DNA from: Minisyncoccota bacterium
GTDB taxonomy: Bacteria; Patescibacteriota; Minisyncoccia; Phycocordibacterales; UBA9973
DNA length: 64,000 nt
Assembly (NCBI GenBank): GCA_041666045.1
Contig: JBAYHR010000001.1
Coordinates: 187,391 to 251,390, forward strand
Direction of reading: 5' to 3'
A program made the translations under genes and the position numbers. The notes beneath the pieces were generated by a model that was not told the DNA's origin, did not search any database, and saw nothing but the letters and a program-made list of their open reading frames with translations. Shown here piece by piece: positions 47,960-57,562 of this stretch (positions are counted from its first letter, which is position 1; the number at the start of each line of letters is the position of its first letter).

Positions 47960-49768
47960 TTAATCAGAATCAACACAATTAAATACTGGTCCGTCATCAA
48001 CCCATAAATTTCCTGTTGTTGTAACGCAAACCATTCCAAGATTAGTTCCCGGATTTACAACCGGCAAACTAGATACATTTAATGTTCCATTAATTGTTAA
48101 AATTTGACTGGCTGGAGTGGAATTAAATTCTCCATAAATCAAAGAGCTAGTTCTGCTTGTTGCTTCGTCTGTTCTTCCTTGATTATCTATAAATAATTTA
48201 TTACTTCCTGTTTCATAATATCCTGCTTGATAACCAAGAAATACATTCCCTGCGCCAATTAAATTTAATTTTCCAGCTTCATATCCTAATACTGTATTAT
48301 ATTGTCCTGTTGTATTGGAAACACCAGCATTATTCCCAATAAAAACATTTTTACCACCTGTTGTATTACCTTGTCCTGCATAATAACCAAAAGCAGTATT
48401 ATCTCCCCCTGTTGTATTATTTTGAAGTGAACTTGAACCAATAGCAGTATTACTAGTTCCTGTTGTATTATTTTCCAAACTTGATTGACCAATTGCAACA
48501 TTCATACCACCACTAGTATTAGTAATTAATGCTCTATTACCAACAGCTATATTATAATTGCCTGTTGTATTGTAATACAATGTTGATGCACCAAGTGCAA
48601 TATTATTATATCCAGATGTATTAGAATATCCTGCGCCATTTCCTATAAAAGAATTAGCGTAGCCATCTACATTACTATATCCAGATATATTTCCTAAAAA
48701 TGTATTCAAGTTTCCCGTTGTATTTCCATATCCGCTCTGATATCCCACAAAAGTATTTGGGGTTCCTGTGGTATTGCTATACCCGGCTTGATAACCCATT
48801 GTTGTATTATTGTCAGCAGTATTTTGAACTAATGATTCAGAGCCTATTGCCGTATTTCCGTTTCCAATTATATTGCTGCTAAGCGAAGTAAATCCAATAC
48901 CTACATTGTTTGTTCCTGTTGTGTTCGCATTCAAAGAGCTTGATCCAATCGCTGTATTAGATTGTCCCAATGTATTTGAATAAAGCGACAAATTTCCAAT
49001 TGCTGTATTGTCAGTTCCTGTGCTATTTGTAAAACCGCTCTGATAACCTGCAAAAGTGTTTGAAGAGCCTGTTGAATTTGTATATCCCGCTTGATAGCCA
49101 AGAAAAGTATTCAGAGTTCCTGTTGTGTTTGAATATCCTGCTTGATAACCTATCGCTATATTGTCAGACGCTGTTGTGTTTGAATAAAGCGCTTGATTGC
49201 CGATTGCTAAATTTTGTTTTCCAGTGCTTGTGCTTGTCGGCTGGTTTAAATATAATGTTCTGTATCCAATTGCCACATTTTCACTATTCCATGCAGTGCT
49301 AGCATTGCTGAATGATTGCGTATACAACGCTTCATTTCCTATTGCAGTATTTTTGCTTGCTGTTATATTTCCATATCCACTTTTATAACCAATAAAAGTA
49401 TTATCTGTATCTACACCATCTGTGGCAATACCAGCTTGATAACCTAAAATAGTATCTCCAGAACTGTCAACTTCTCCAGCTTTTTGATTATTAACTTTAA
49501 TATTGAATGGCACATCGTTTGTCGTGCCGATAAATTTAGTCGCGTCTGACACATCTCCCTCTAAAGACCAACCAGTTGGAATAGTCACAACACAATCAGC
49601 GCTACTGCCAGGATCACAAGCAGGATTAAGAGTCGCTCCAGGAGCAAAACCTCCATCTGGTGGAGTGTCAGCAGCAAATGAATGAAAAGTAGTTGCAAAC
49701 ACAACTAAAAAACCAAGAGCTAAAATTGAAACTAAATGCTTTTTAAAAATATGTTTTATTAAATTCAT
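47960..49768 (-). CDS. Secreted repeat protein with ~22 tandem 17-aa Hep_Hag/YadA-head-like repeats
   Basis: Signal peptide, then repeats of the form N-T-A-I-G-Y-Q-A-G-Y-S-N-T-T-G-x-x. Ends with a Cys-containing C-terminal domain and no obvious membrane anchor. Confidence 0.6.
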   Translation of the reverse strand: MNLIKHIFKKHLVSILALGFLVVFATTFHSFAADTPPDGGFAPGATLNPACDPGSSADCVVTIPTGWSLEGDVSDATKFIGTTNDVPFNIKVNNQKAGEVDSSGDTILGYQAGIATDGVDTDNTFIGYKSGYGNITASKNTAIGNEALYTQSFSNASTAWNSENVAIGYRTLYLNQPTSTSTGKQNLAIGNQALYSNTTASDNIAIGYQAGYSNTTGTLNTFLGYQAGYTNSTGSSNTFAGYQSGFTNSTGTDNTAIGNLSLYSNTLGQSNTAIGSSSLNANTTGTNNVGIGFTSLSSNIIGNGNTAIGSESLVQNTADNNTTMGYQAGYSNTTGTPNTFVGYQSGYGNTTGNLNTFLGNISGYSNVDGYANSFIGNGAGYSNTSGYNNIALGASTLYYNTTGNYNIAVGNRALITNTSGGMNVAIGQSSLENNTTGTSNTAIGSSSLQNNTTGGDNTAFGYYAGQGNTTGGKNVFIGNNAGVSNTTGQYNTVLGYEAGKLNLIGAGNVFLGYQAGYYETGSNKLFIDNQGRTDEATSRTSSLIYGEFNSTPASQILTINGTLNVSSLPVVNPGTNLGMVCVTTTGNLWVDDGPVFNCVDSD

Positions 49769-49795
49769 ACTGCTAATATTATACTATAAAATAAA

Positions 49796-52732
49796 TTAAA
49801 CAACAATGTTAATAAGTCTATTTTTAACGTAAATTATTTTCTTTATATCTAAACTGGGTAAGAATTTTTTAACTGTTTCATTTTGTACAGCTCTTTCTTT
49901 TATCTCATCCTCTTTTTCATTTGCTTGTATCATCATTTCAGCTCTAACTTTTCCATTTACTTGCACTGCAATTTTTACTTCTTCATCTTTTATTAATCTC
50001 TCGTCCCATTTAGGCCATTTGGAAAAATTTATACTCTTACAGGCAAGACCTGTTAAAAAAACAGGTCTTGCCTGTTGCAATTGTTGCCATAATTCTTCTG
50101 TCACATGCGGAGCAAATGGCGCTAAAATTTGTAGAAATTTTTTAAAATCTTCTTTTTCAATATAATCTGATTTTTCCATTTCTGTAGCTAAAATCATCAA
50201 AGCAGAAACTGCAGTATTAAAACGCATTGCTTCTATATCCTCAGAAACTTTTTTAATAGTTTTATGTAAAAGTTTTAAAACAGAAGAATTCTGAAGCGAA
50301 GCAGATGAAGAATTTTGAGAAAACCCTCGCTTCAATTCTCCGAGGGCGTATTTTCCAAAATTCTTCATCTGCTTCGCCATCACTTTCTCCCCAATTCTCC
50401 AAACTTTTTCTATAAATCTTCTTGGACCAATTATACTTTCTGTACTCCACGCAACAGGTTCTTCAAATGGCCCCATAAACATTTCATAAACACGCAAAGT
50501 ATCTGCGCCATAAGTTTTCACAATACTGTCTGGATTCACAACATTTCCCAAAGACTTTGACATCTTCACTCCACCTTCACCCATGATAAGTCCATGCGAA
50601 GTTCTTTTTTTGTATGGCTCAGAAGTTGGTACAAGTTTTAAATCATATAAAAATTTATGCCAAAATCTTGAATATAAAAGGTGAAGAGTTGTATGTTCCA
50701 TTCCACCATTGTACCAATCCACCCCGCCGGTCTGGCGGGGCGAGCCGTCTAACCAATATTTTAATTTTTTCTTATCAGCAAAAACTTTTTTATTTTTTGG
50801 ATCACAATAACGCAAATAGTACCATGAACTTCCAGCCCAGTTTGGCATAGTATCTGTTTCTCTTTTTGCAGGACCTTTGCATTTAGGACATTTTGTATTT
50901 ACCCATTTTGAAATACCAGCCAAAGGTGATTCCCCTGTATCTGTTAATTTATAACTTTTAACTTCTGGTAATTTTAATGGCAAATCTTTTTCTGGAATCG
51001 GTACGAGTCCGCATTTCTCACAATTAATTAAAGGAATAGGTTCACCCCAATATCTCTGACGAGAAAAAACCCAATCACGAAGTTTATATTTCGTAACAAT
51101 TTTTCCCCCAACAAATTCTGTTATTTTTTTTCTAGCATCTTCTGAATCTAATTTATCAAATTTTTCAGAATTAATTAAAACTCCATCTTTTGTAAGATAA
51201 TTTTTACCTTCAAATAAACTAAAATCATAAAGTTCTTTTGCATCATTAATTTTTTGTTTAGCTTCTTCATAACTCAACCAGAGAATTTCATGCAATAATT
51301 TTTCTTCTTCCGCTATTTCATACTGTTTTTCATCAATTAGTTCTAGTTCAATTAAATTACATAATAATCGCCTATTTTCTTTTTTATGTGGATGATAAAA
51401 ATGAGATTGAGTTGTTAATCCTAAATCACGAACAAATTTTGTTTTATATCCCGTTTCTTCAAAAACTTCGCGTATTGCCGTATCACCAGCTTTTTCATTT
51501 TGTTCTATACCACCATAAACTTTTGAAATTTCATTGAAAGCTTTTGCAAATAGAAAAAGATATTTACCATCAGATGGTCTTCTCACAAAAACAGCAACAG
51601 CATGTCTTTCTTTTTCATCTGTTTTTGATTCTCCAAAAACTGGAATAATAACTTGTTTTATTTGTAAATTATATTTCTTCGCAAATTCAAAATCTCTTTC
51701 ATCGTGAGCTGGCACTGCCATAACTGCCCCTGTCCCATAACCAGCTAAAACATAATCAGCGATCCATACTGAAACCTCTTCGTTATTCGCAGGATTAATT
51801 GCTTTTATTCCTTTTAATTCTACTCCAGTTTTTTCTTTCCCTTCCGCAGTTCTTTCCATTTCAGACTTTTTCTTTACATCAGAAATATATTTTAAAACTT
51901 CATTTTTATTTTCAACTTTCTCCAATAACTCATTTACAAGAGAATGTTCTGGTGCAAGCACAACATAAGTCACACCAAACAAAGTATCGGCACGAGTCGT
52001 AAAAACTTTAATTCGTAATTCGTAATTCGTAATTTTAAATTCTATCTCTGCTCCTTCACTTCTCCCTATCCAATTTCTTTGTGACAATTTTACACGTAGA
52101 GGATAATCTACTAAATCCAAATCTTTATCTAAACGATCTGCATATTTTGTAATAGCGAGCATCCATTGTTCTTTCATTCTTCTTTCTGTTTGCTCTCCAC
52201 ATCGTTCACATTTTCCATCTATCACTTCTTCATTTGCTAAACCGATTTTATCTTTTGGACACCAATTTATAGGAATCTCTGCTTTATATGCAAGACCTTT
52301 TTTATAAAATTGTAAAAATATCCATTGAGTCCATTTATAATATTCTGGATCAGTAGTATTTATTTCTCTATTCCAATCAAAAGAAATACCAAGCATTTGT
52401 ATTTGCTTACGAAAATTATCTGTATTTTTTTTAGTTACAATCTTTGGATGAATTCCAGTTTTAATAGCATAATTTTCAGTTGGCAAACCAAAAGCATCCC
52501 AACCGATTGGAAAAAGTACATTATAACCTTCTAATCTACGCTTTCTAGAAATAACATCCATTGCAATATAAGGTCTTGGATGCCCAACATGAAGCCCATC
52601 TCCAGATGGATATGGAAATTCAACTAAAGAATAGAACTTTTTTCCTTTTCCGTCTTTTGCTTTATAAATTCCTTTTTTCTCCCATTCTTTCTGCCACTTT
52701 TTTTCAATTTTTTTATGATCGTAACTTTTCAT
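49796..52732 (-). CDS. leuS: Leucyl-tRNA synthetase with an inserted Nudix hydrolase domain
   Basis: HVGHPRPY (HIGH) and KMSKSLGN motifs; editing-domain markers TRADTLFGVTYVVLAPEH and GTGAVMAVPAHDERDFEFA. After the editing domain there is an extra ~140 aa with a perfect Nudix box GGIEQNEKAGDTAIREVFEETGY. Confidence 0.9.
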   Translation of the reverse strand: MKSYDHKKIEKKWQKEWEKKGIYKAKDGKGKKFYSLVEFPYPSGDGLHVGHPRPYIAMDVISRKRRLEGYNVLFPIGWDAFGLPTENYAIKTGIHPKIVTKKNTDNFRKQIQMLGISFDWNREINTTDPEYYKWTQWIFLQFYKKGLAYKAEIPINWCPKDKIGLANEEVIDGKCERCGEQTERRMKEQWMLAITKYADRLDKDLDLVDYPLRVKLSQRNWIGRSEGAEIEFKITNYELRIKVFTTRADTLFGVTYVVLAPEHSLVNELLEKVENKNEVLKYISDVKKKSEMERTAEGKEKTGVELKGIKAINPANNEEVSVWIADYVLAGYGTGAVMAVPAHDERDFEFAKKYNLQIKQVIIPVFGESKTDEKERHAVAVFVRRPSDGKYLFLFAKAFNEISKVYGGIEQNEKAGDTAIREVFEETGYKTKFVRDLGLTTQSHFYHPHKKENRRLLCNLIELELIDEKQYEIAEEEKLLHEILWLSYEEAKQKINDAKELYDFSLFEGKNYLTKDGVLINSEKFDKLDSEDARKKITEFVGGKIVTKYKLRDWVFSRQRYWGEPIPLINCEKCGLVPIPEKDLPLKLPEVKSYKLTDTGESPLAGISKWVNTKCPKCKGPAKRETDTMPNWAGSSWYYLRYCDPKNKKVFADKKKLKYWLDGSPRQTGGVDWYNGGMEHTTLHLLYSRFWHKFLYDLKLVPTSEPYKKRTSHGLIMGEGGVKMSKSLGNVVNPDSIVKTYGADTLRVYEMFMGPFEEPVAWSTESIIGPRRFIEKVWRIGEKVMAKQMKNFGKYALGELKRGFSQNSSSASLQNSSVLKLLHKTIKKVSEDIEAMRFNTAVSALMILATEMEKSDYIEKEDFKKFLQILAPFAPHVTEELWQQLQQARPVFLTGLACKSINFSKWPKWDERLIKDEEVKIAVQVNGKVRAEMMIQANEKEDEIKERAVQNETVKKFLPSLDIKKIIYVKNRLINIVV

Positions 52733-52752
52733 TCGTAATTGATAATTTGTAA

Positions 52753-53796
52753 TTAGTTTTTAAGTACTTTTGGGTAAGGTGGGTATAGATCTTTATCTAT
52801 AGTACGTTCAAAACAAGTCCTTCCTGTTTGATGATCCCAAGATTCATTAGAACCCCCAGGTCCTGGATAAGGATAAGATGACACAGCAATATCTCTTTCA
52901 CTATACATTGGCACTACTCCTCCATAATTTTTATATTCATTCCATCCTTTTGGCATTGGTAACGAGAAATCTGCACACAATTGGAAAGTTAATTTATTTT
53001 TATCTAAAACATTGTATTCATATTTTTTACCTTTTTCAAATTCTGGTTCAACTGGTAAAGAAAAACCTGACAGTGGATTTGCAAGAACACCTAAATCTTC
53101 TGGTAATTTTTCTTTTTGTTGCCAGTAATTAATTACCTGATATTGAATACTTTGTAAATCACTTACACGTCTATCATCTAGTCTAAGAGATCTTTGTTTT
53201 GCAGGACTTCCCATAATTACAAAACTATAACTAATAGCAAAAACAACTAAAACAATACCAGCGATAGGATTGATAAATTTATTTAACTTCTTAATTATTT
53301 CTCTACCAGTCCAAAATTCAGAAATAAAGAAATATTTTCCTATTATTGCAGCTGTTACGAAAGTAATTAATATTTTATAAATAAATCTGTTTGTTATTTC
53401 TCCAGCAACAAAGAATTTTACTAAAGTAACTAAATCTATAACGACAACCACAGCTGAAAGAAATAAAATAAGATATATAACCCATTTTTTTATAACTACA
53501 TCAATAGAACCCATTTCACCTTGTGTATATTTTTTCCAAAAATAAGAAACTAATAGGAAAATTGGAAAGAAAATAATAAGTGTCGCAAGAGCTACTCGAA
53601 TACTTTCATAATTGTAAGTAGAATATCCATATTGATAATTAGAGTTAAGAACATCAGGAAATTTTTTATCTAAAGTGCTAAAAACAAGATTAAGAAACGA
53701 AACTACTGAAGTTATCAATGTTGCTAAAAGACCTAAACATAAAAAGAAAAAACCTGGATTTAATTTGCTTTTTTGAGCATTTACTTGAGTTTCCAT
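52753..53796 (-). CDS. Hypothetical polytopic membrane protein with C-terminal extracellular domain
   Basis: Several TM helices; no domain recognised. Confidence 0.4.
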   Translation of the reverse strand: METQVNAQKSKLNPGFFFLCLGLLATLITSVVSFLNLVFSTLDKKFPDVLNSNYQYGYSTYNYESIRVALATLIIFFPIFLLVSYFWKKYTQGEMGSIDVVIKKWVIYLILFLSAVVVVIDLVTLVKFFVAGEITNRFIYKILITFVTAAIIGKYFFISEFWTGREIIKKLNKFINPIAGIVLVVFAISYSFVIMGSPAKQRSLRLDDRRVSDLQSIQYQVINYWQQKEKLPEDLGVLANPLSGFSLPVEPEFEKGKKYEYNVLDKNKLTFQLCADFSLPMPKGWNEYKNYGGVVPMYSERDIAVSSYPYPGPGGSNESWDHQTGRTCFERTIDKDLYPPYPKVLKN

Positions 53797-53839
53797 ATAA
53801 AAATATTATTTATTAATAAGAGAAATTATATCATATTTT

Positions 53840-54775
53840 CTATGATTCCCAAACTGCAGTGTTAGCTAATGATATGAGCCGATCATTGCTTTTTTCCACT
53901 AAACAAAGCTCCCCTTGTTTAACTTCTCCTTTAAAATCTTTCATAGCATCTCTGAGCGCACAGCCGAGAGACAAAGACGAGGAATCTATCGCATATGAAG
54001 TTAAAATCACAAAAAGTGGATTATCGCTTAAAACTTTTTTCACCCCCGCCAAAAGCTTTGGTAAACTTTCTTCTATTTTCCAAGTCTCACCTTTTGGTCC
54101 TCTGCCAAACTTTGGCGGATCCATTATTACTGCATCGTATTTATTTCCTCTTTTTGCTTCACGTTCTAAAAATTTTAAAACATCATCACAAATAATTCTC
54201 ATAGGCATTTTTTCTAATCCTGACAATATCTGATTTTCTTTTGCTATAGATAAACTTTGCTTTGAAGCATCAAGATGAGTTACCTCTGCTCCAGCACGCA
54301 AAGCAAACAAACTTGCAACACCTGTGTAGCCAAATAAATTTAAAAATTTAATTGGTCTTTTTTCTTTCTTTATTTTACTTTCTATAAAATCCCAATGACT
54401 TGCCTGCTCTGGAAAAAAACCAAAATGTCTAAAGGGGGTTGGGGAAACAAAAAATTTAATCCCATTAGAGGCGGAAGCACACTGCGAGCCCTCGTGGCCT
54501 CTAACAGGACAAGTATCTCCATATGACATAATCCACTTTTCAGGAATATCCGAATTAATCTTCCATCCACCTTTAGCTCCAGTCTTAGAACTCCAAAATT
54601 TTCCATCCGCTTTCTCCCATTCACTTTTATTTAAAGTCTTTTTCCAAACAGCATCTTCAAAAGGTCTAATAAAAGTATATTTTCCAAATCTTTCTAGTCT
54701 TTCACCCTCTCCAGTATCAAGTATTTCATAATCAATCCAATTCTCTGGAGTAAAAATTTTTATTTCATTTTTCAT
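53840..54775 (-). CDS. Class I SAM-dependent rRNA methyltransferase (RlmI/RlmK-like)
   Basis: LNLFGYTGVASL and VIMDPPKFGRG (DPPxF) motifs. Carries an in-frame palindromic-element insertion. Confidence 0.6.
   Translation of the reverse strand: MKNEIKIFTPENWIDYEILDTGEGERLERFGKYTFIRPFEDAVWKKTLNKSEWEKADGKFWSSKTGAKGGWKINSDIPEKWIMSYGDTCPVRGHEGSQCASASNGIKFFVSPTPFRHFGFFPEQASHWDFIESKIKKEKRPIKFLNLFGYTGVASLFALRAGAEVTHLDASKQSLSIAKENQILSGLEKMPMRIICDDVLKFLEREAKRGNKYDAVIMDPPKFGRGPKGETWKIEESLPKLLAGVKKVLSDNPLFVILTSYAIDSSSLSLGCALRDAMKDFKGEVKQGELCLVEKSNDRLISLANTAVWES
54460..54509. repeat. TIR-bounded palindromic element inserted in-frame in the rlmI-like gene
   Basis: tcccattagagg...cactgcgagccctcgtggcc...tctaacagga. 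~90% identical to the tsaD copy and the same 50-bp length. Confidence 0.65.
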
Positions 54776-54777
54776 AT

Positions 54778-55377
54778 TTATATATTACCACGTAAAACTT
54801 CTATTTCACCTTTTTTATTAATCTTTATTAAAGTTGATGGCTTTGATTTTAATGTTCCACCTGATAAGTAAAAATCTACATTATTCCCAATCCCGTTAGA
54901 AGCCTCCCTCGCAAGCATGCGAGTGTTACGGTCACCTTTGGGAGACCTGCTTCTAACGGGACCGAAATATTCTTTTGCTTGTTTAATATTTTCAGCTGGC
55001 TTTAACCCTTCAGGATTTGCTGAAGGAGCAACTAATGGCCCAGTCTTTTTAAGTATTTCTACCAAACTCTTTTTTGCAGGTAATCTAAAAGCTATATTAT
55101 TTAAAATAACACTCACTTTCCCCGACCAAACTTTTTCTAGCATTCTCCTATTCGCGCGAATTAGCCTATTAGAAATACCAAACTTTTCTAAATCCTTAAT
55201 AGAAGAAATTAAAACTATCATTTTTTTCTTCTTATCTCTATTTTTTATTTTATATATTCTATTTATAGCCTTGCGAGAAAAAGCACTTCCAACTAAACCA
55301 TACAAAGTATCTGTCGGCATTATTCCTATTCCATCATTTTTAAGAATCTTTATTATTTCGTTTTCTTTATCTTCCAT
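54778..55377 (-). CDS. tsaC: L-threonylcarbamoyladenylate synthase (YrdC/TsaC family)
   Basis: IMPTDTLYGL and APSANPEG motifs; 199 aa. Carries an in-frame palindromic-element insertion. Confidence 0.7.
   Translation of the reverse strand: MEDKENEIIKILKNDGIGIMPTDTLYGLVGSAFSRKAINRIYKIKNRDKKKKMIVLISSIKDLEKFGISNRLIRANRRMLEKVWSGKVSVILNNIAFRLPAKKSLVEILKKTGPLVAPSANPEGLKPAENIKQAKEYFGPVRSRSPKGDRNTRMLAREASNGIGNNVDFYLSGGTLKSKPSTLIKINKKGEIEVLRGNI
54891..54961. repeat. TIR-bounded palindromic element (71 bp) inserted in-frame in tsaC
   Basis: Perfect 12-bp TIRs tcccgttagaag / cttctaacggga. Internal hairpin ctcgca-agca-tgcgag and a cctttggga motif. Confidence 0.7.
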
Positions 55378-55381
55378 AAAT

Positions 55382-56539
55382 TTATTTCAAATCAATTAAA
55401 GTATTCTGCTTATAAAATTTTTTTAATATTTTATAAGTTATGAACAATCCTGGTAACGCAAAAACTATTATAAATTTTAATGGAACACCTAAACTAAAAA
55501 GGATTGCACTTAACGTAAGTGATATCATTGCCCCAATATCCCACCCAACTTCACCGAAAAAATGAAACCATAAAGTATTAGAACTTCTCTTTGCCATATT
55601 ATAAAGACCAACATTAAAAGAACTTAGATAAAATGTCATACCAAACGCAATTAAAACATCAGTAATAATAATCTCAGGAATTGTTTTTACTAAAAATGCT
55701 CGTAATAATATAACTACTCCTATTGATATCAGACCGATATAAGTAACACGTTTTCCGTTTCCTTTGTCAATAAAATATCCTAAAAAATAAAAAAGTACAA
55801 TTATACTCAACGATTCAAAAGCAACAAGTCCACCAAAGGTTGTATAATTTCCGACAAGATAAAAAAGTACAATTGTCCACACAAATGCATGCATATATAA
55901 AATACCATCACCAATCATCATTATCATTCCATGTTTATCAATTGATTGTATTGCTTCTTTCCATATTATTATTTTCCCTGGTAAAACATCTTTAGCAAAA
56001 AACAATGGAATTGCTGACAAAAGCATTACTATGGATGCAATAAAATAAAGAGACCAAAATCCAAAATGTGTTATCATAATTCCTCCAACAAATGGAGCCA
56101 TGGTTTTTAAAAATGTAACAAATCCAAATTGTACACATATTTGTTTTCCTCGATTTTGTTCATCCCCAGCGGTTGCATAATATGAATGATAAGGTAACCA
56201 ATAAGTAATATCGCATATAGCTAAATAAAAAATATAAAAATAAAAATAATTGTTTATTCCATTTATTTTTGTAAGGACAATAAAAAGCATACTGCCTAAA
56301 ATAACGCCAATAATAAGAGCACGTCTTAATCCTATTTTTTCTGACAATAACATTGAAAAGGGTCGCAATATAAAACGTAAAAATAAACTCCCTGCCCACG
56401 CCAAAGCAACAATTGGAAATGATATTCCAAGACTTAATAAATATACAGCTCCAAACACATCAAAAATATTATTACTAAAACGACATAGCCCAGCATGCAA
56501 ATTCAGAAGATTTATATTTTTATTTTTAAAAGGCTCCAT
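55382..56539 (-). CDS. MFS-type transporter
   Basis: 385 aa with ~12 TM helices. Confidence 0.55.
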   Translation of the reverse strand: MEPFKNKNINLLNLHAGLCRFSNNIFDVFGAVYLLSLGISFPIVALAWAGSLFLRFILRPFSMLLSEKIGLRRALIIGVILGSMLFIVLTKINGINNYFYFYIFYLAICDITYWLPYHSYYATAGDEQNRGKQICVQFGFVTFLKTMAPFVGGIMITHFGFWSLYFIASIVMLLSAIPLFFAKDVLPGKIIIWKEAIQSIDKHGMIMMIGDGILYMHAFVWTIVLFYLVGNYTTFGGLVAFESLSIIVLFYFLGYFIDKGNGKRVTYIGLISIGVVILLRAFLVKTIPEIIITDVLIAFGMTFYLSSFNVGLYNMAKRSSNTLWFHFFGEVGWDIGAMISLTLSAILFSLGVPLKFIIVFALPGLFITYKILKKFYKQNTLIDLK

Positions 56540-56540
56540 A

Positions 56541-57530
56541 TTAAATTTTAAACTCTACGACATCGCCATCTTTTACTATATATTCCTTTCCTTCAGTACG
56601 AACCAACCCTTTTGCTCGTGCATTTGCATATGACCCAGAATCTAATAAATCTTTCCAATTTATAACTTCTGCTCTTATAAATTTATCTTTAAAATCAGTA
56701 TGTATAGCCATACCAGCGACAGGCGCAGTAGATCCTATCTTTATAGTCCATGCACGTGTTTCGTCTTCTCCAGTAGTCAAAAAAGTTTCAAGTCCTAAAA
56801 GCTCATAGCTTTTTTTTATTAAATCATCAAAACCTTTTTCAAACACAGGATCAACTTTTACTGAAATACCCGGCAAATTTGTTTCAACATTTTCATTAGC
56901 TTCTGAAACATTCAAAACATAAAGCATCGGTTTTAATGTAAGCAAATTTAAAGATTTTATTTTAAATTTCTCTTCTTCATTTAAAACAGCTTCAGTTGCC
57001 ATCTTACCTTCTTCTAAAACTTTTTCTAATTTTCTTAAAATACTTTCTTCTAAAATTATATCTTTATCTCCTTTTTTAACCTCTCTTTGGATATTAGAAA
57101 TTCTTTTAGAAACTATTTCCATATCCGATAAAACCAATTCTAAATTTATAACTCCAATATCTTGGTTTGGGTCAACTTTATTTGCCACGTGAATCACAGA
57201 ATTATCTTGAAATGTTCTAACAACGTGCGCTATTGCATCTACTTCACGAATATTTGATAAAAATTTATTTCCAAGCCCTTCACCTTTTGACGCGCCAGCC
57301 ACAAGTCCAGCAATATCCACAAATTCAATAACTGCCGGAATAGTTTTTTTTGATTTAGAAAATTCAGTAAGTTTCCAAATACGCTCATCAGGCACAGGAA
57401 CAATACCCACAGAAGGATCTATGGTACAAAAAGGATAATTTTCTGCTGGTACACTTTTTTTAGTAAGAGCATTAAAAAGCGTTGATTTCCCAACATTAGG
57501 TAGGCCCACAATTCCGATTGATAATGACAT
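56541..57530 (-). CDS. ychF: Ribosome-binding ATPase YchF (Obg-like)
   Basis: IGIVGLPNVGKSTLFNALT P-loop, DIAGLV, and a TGS-like C-terminus. Confidence 0.9.
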   Translation of the reverse strand: MSLSIGIVGLPNVGKSTLFNALTKKSVPAENYPFCTIDPSVGIVPVPDERIWKLTEFSKSKKTIPAVIEFVDIAGLVAGASKGEGLGNKFLSNIREVDAIAHVVRTFQDNSVIHVANKVDPNQDIGVINLELVLSDMEIVSKRISNIQREVKKGDKDIILEESILRKLEKVLEEGKMATEAVLNEEEKFKIKSLNLLTLKPMLYVLNVSEANENVETNLPGISVKVDPVFEKGFDDLIKKSYELLGLETFLTTGEDETRAWTIKIGSTAPVAGMAIHTDFKDKFIRAEVINWKDLLDSGSYANARAKGLVRTEGKEYIVKDGDVVEFKI

Positions 57531-57562
57531 TACAATAATATATCAGATTTTTATAAAAATAG

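Noticed and set aside
47960-49768. Possible CRISPR-like periodicity from the 51-bp repeating units
   Set aside because: The periodicity is imperfect and sits in a single long ORF encoding 17-aa protein repeats. There are no identical direct repeats with unique spacers and no cas genes, so it is a protein-coding repeat, not a CRISPR array.
52733-52752. T-box leader or riboswitch upstream of leuS and valS
   Set aside because: The intergenic spaces are only ~20-36 nt, so there is no room for a T-box or riboswitch. These genes appear operon-coupled to upstream ORFs.
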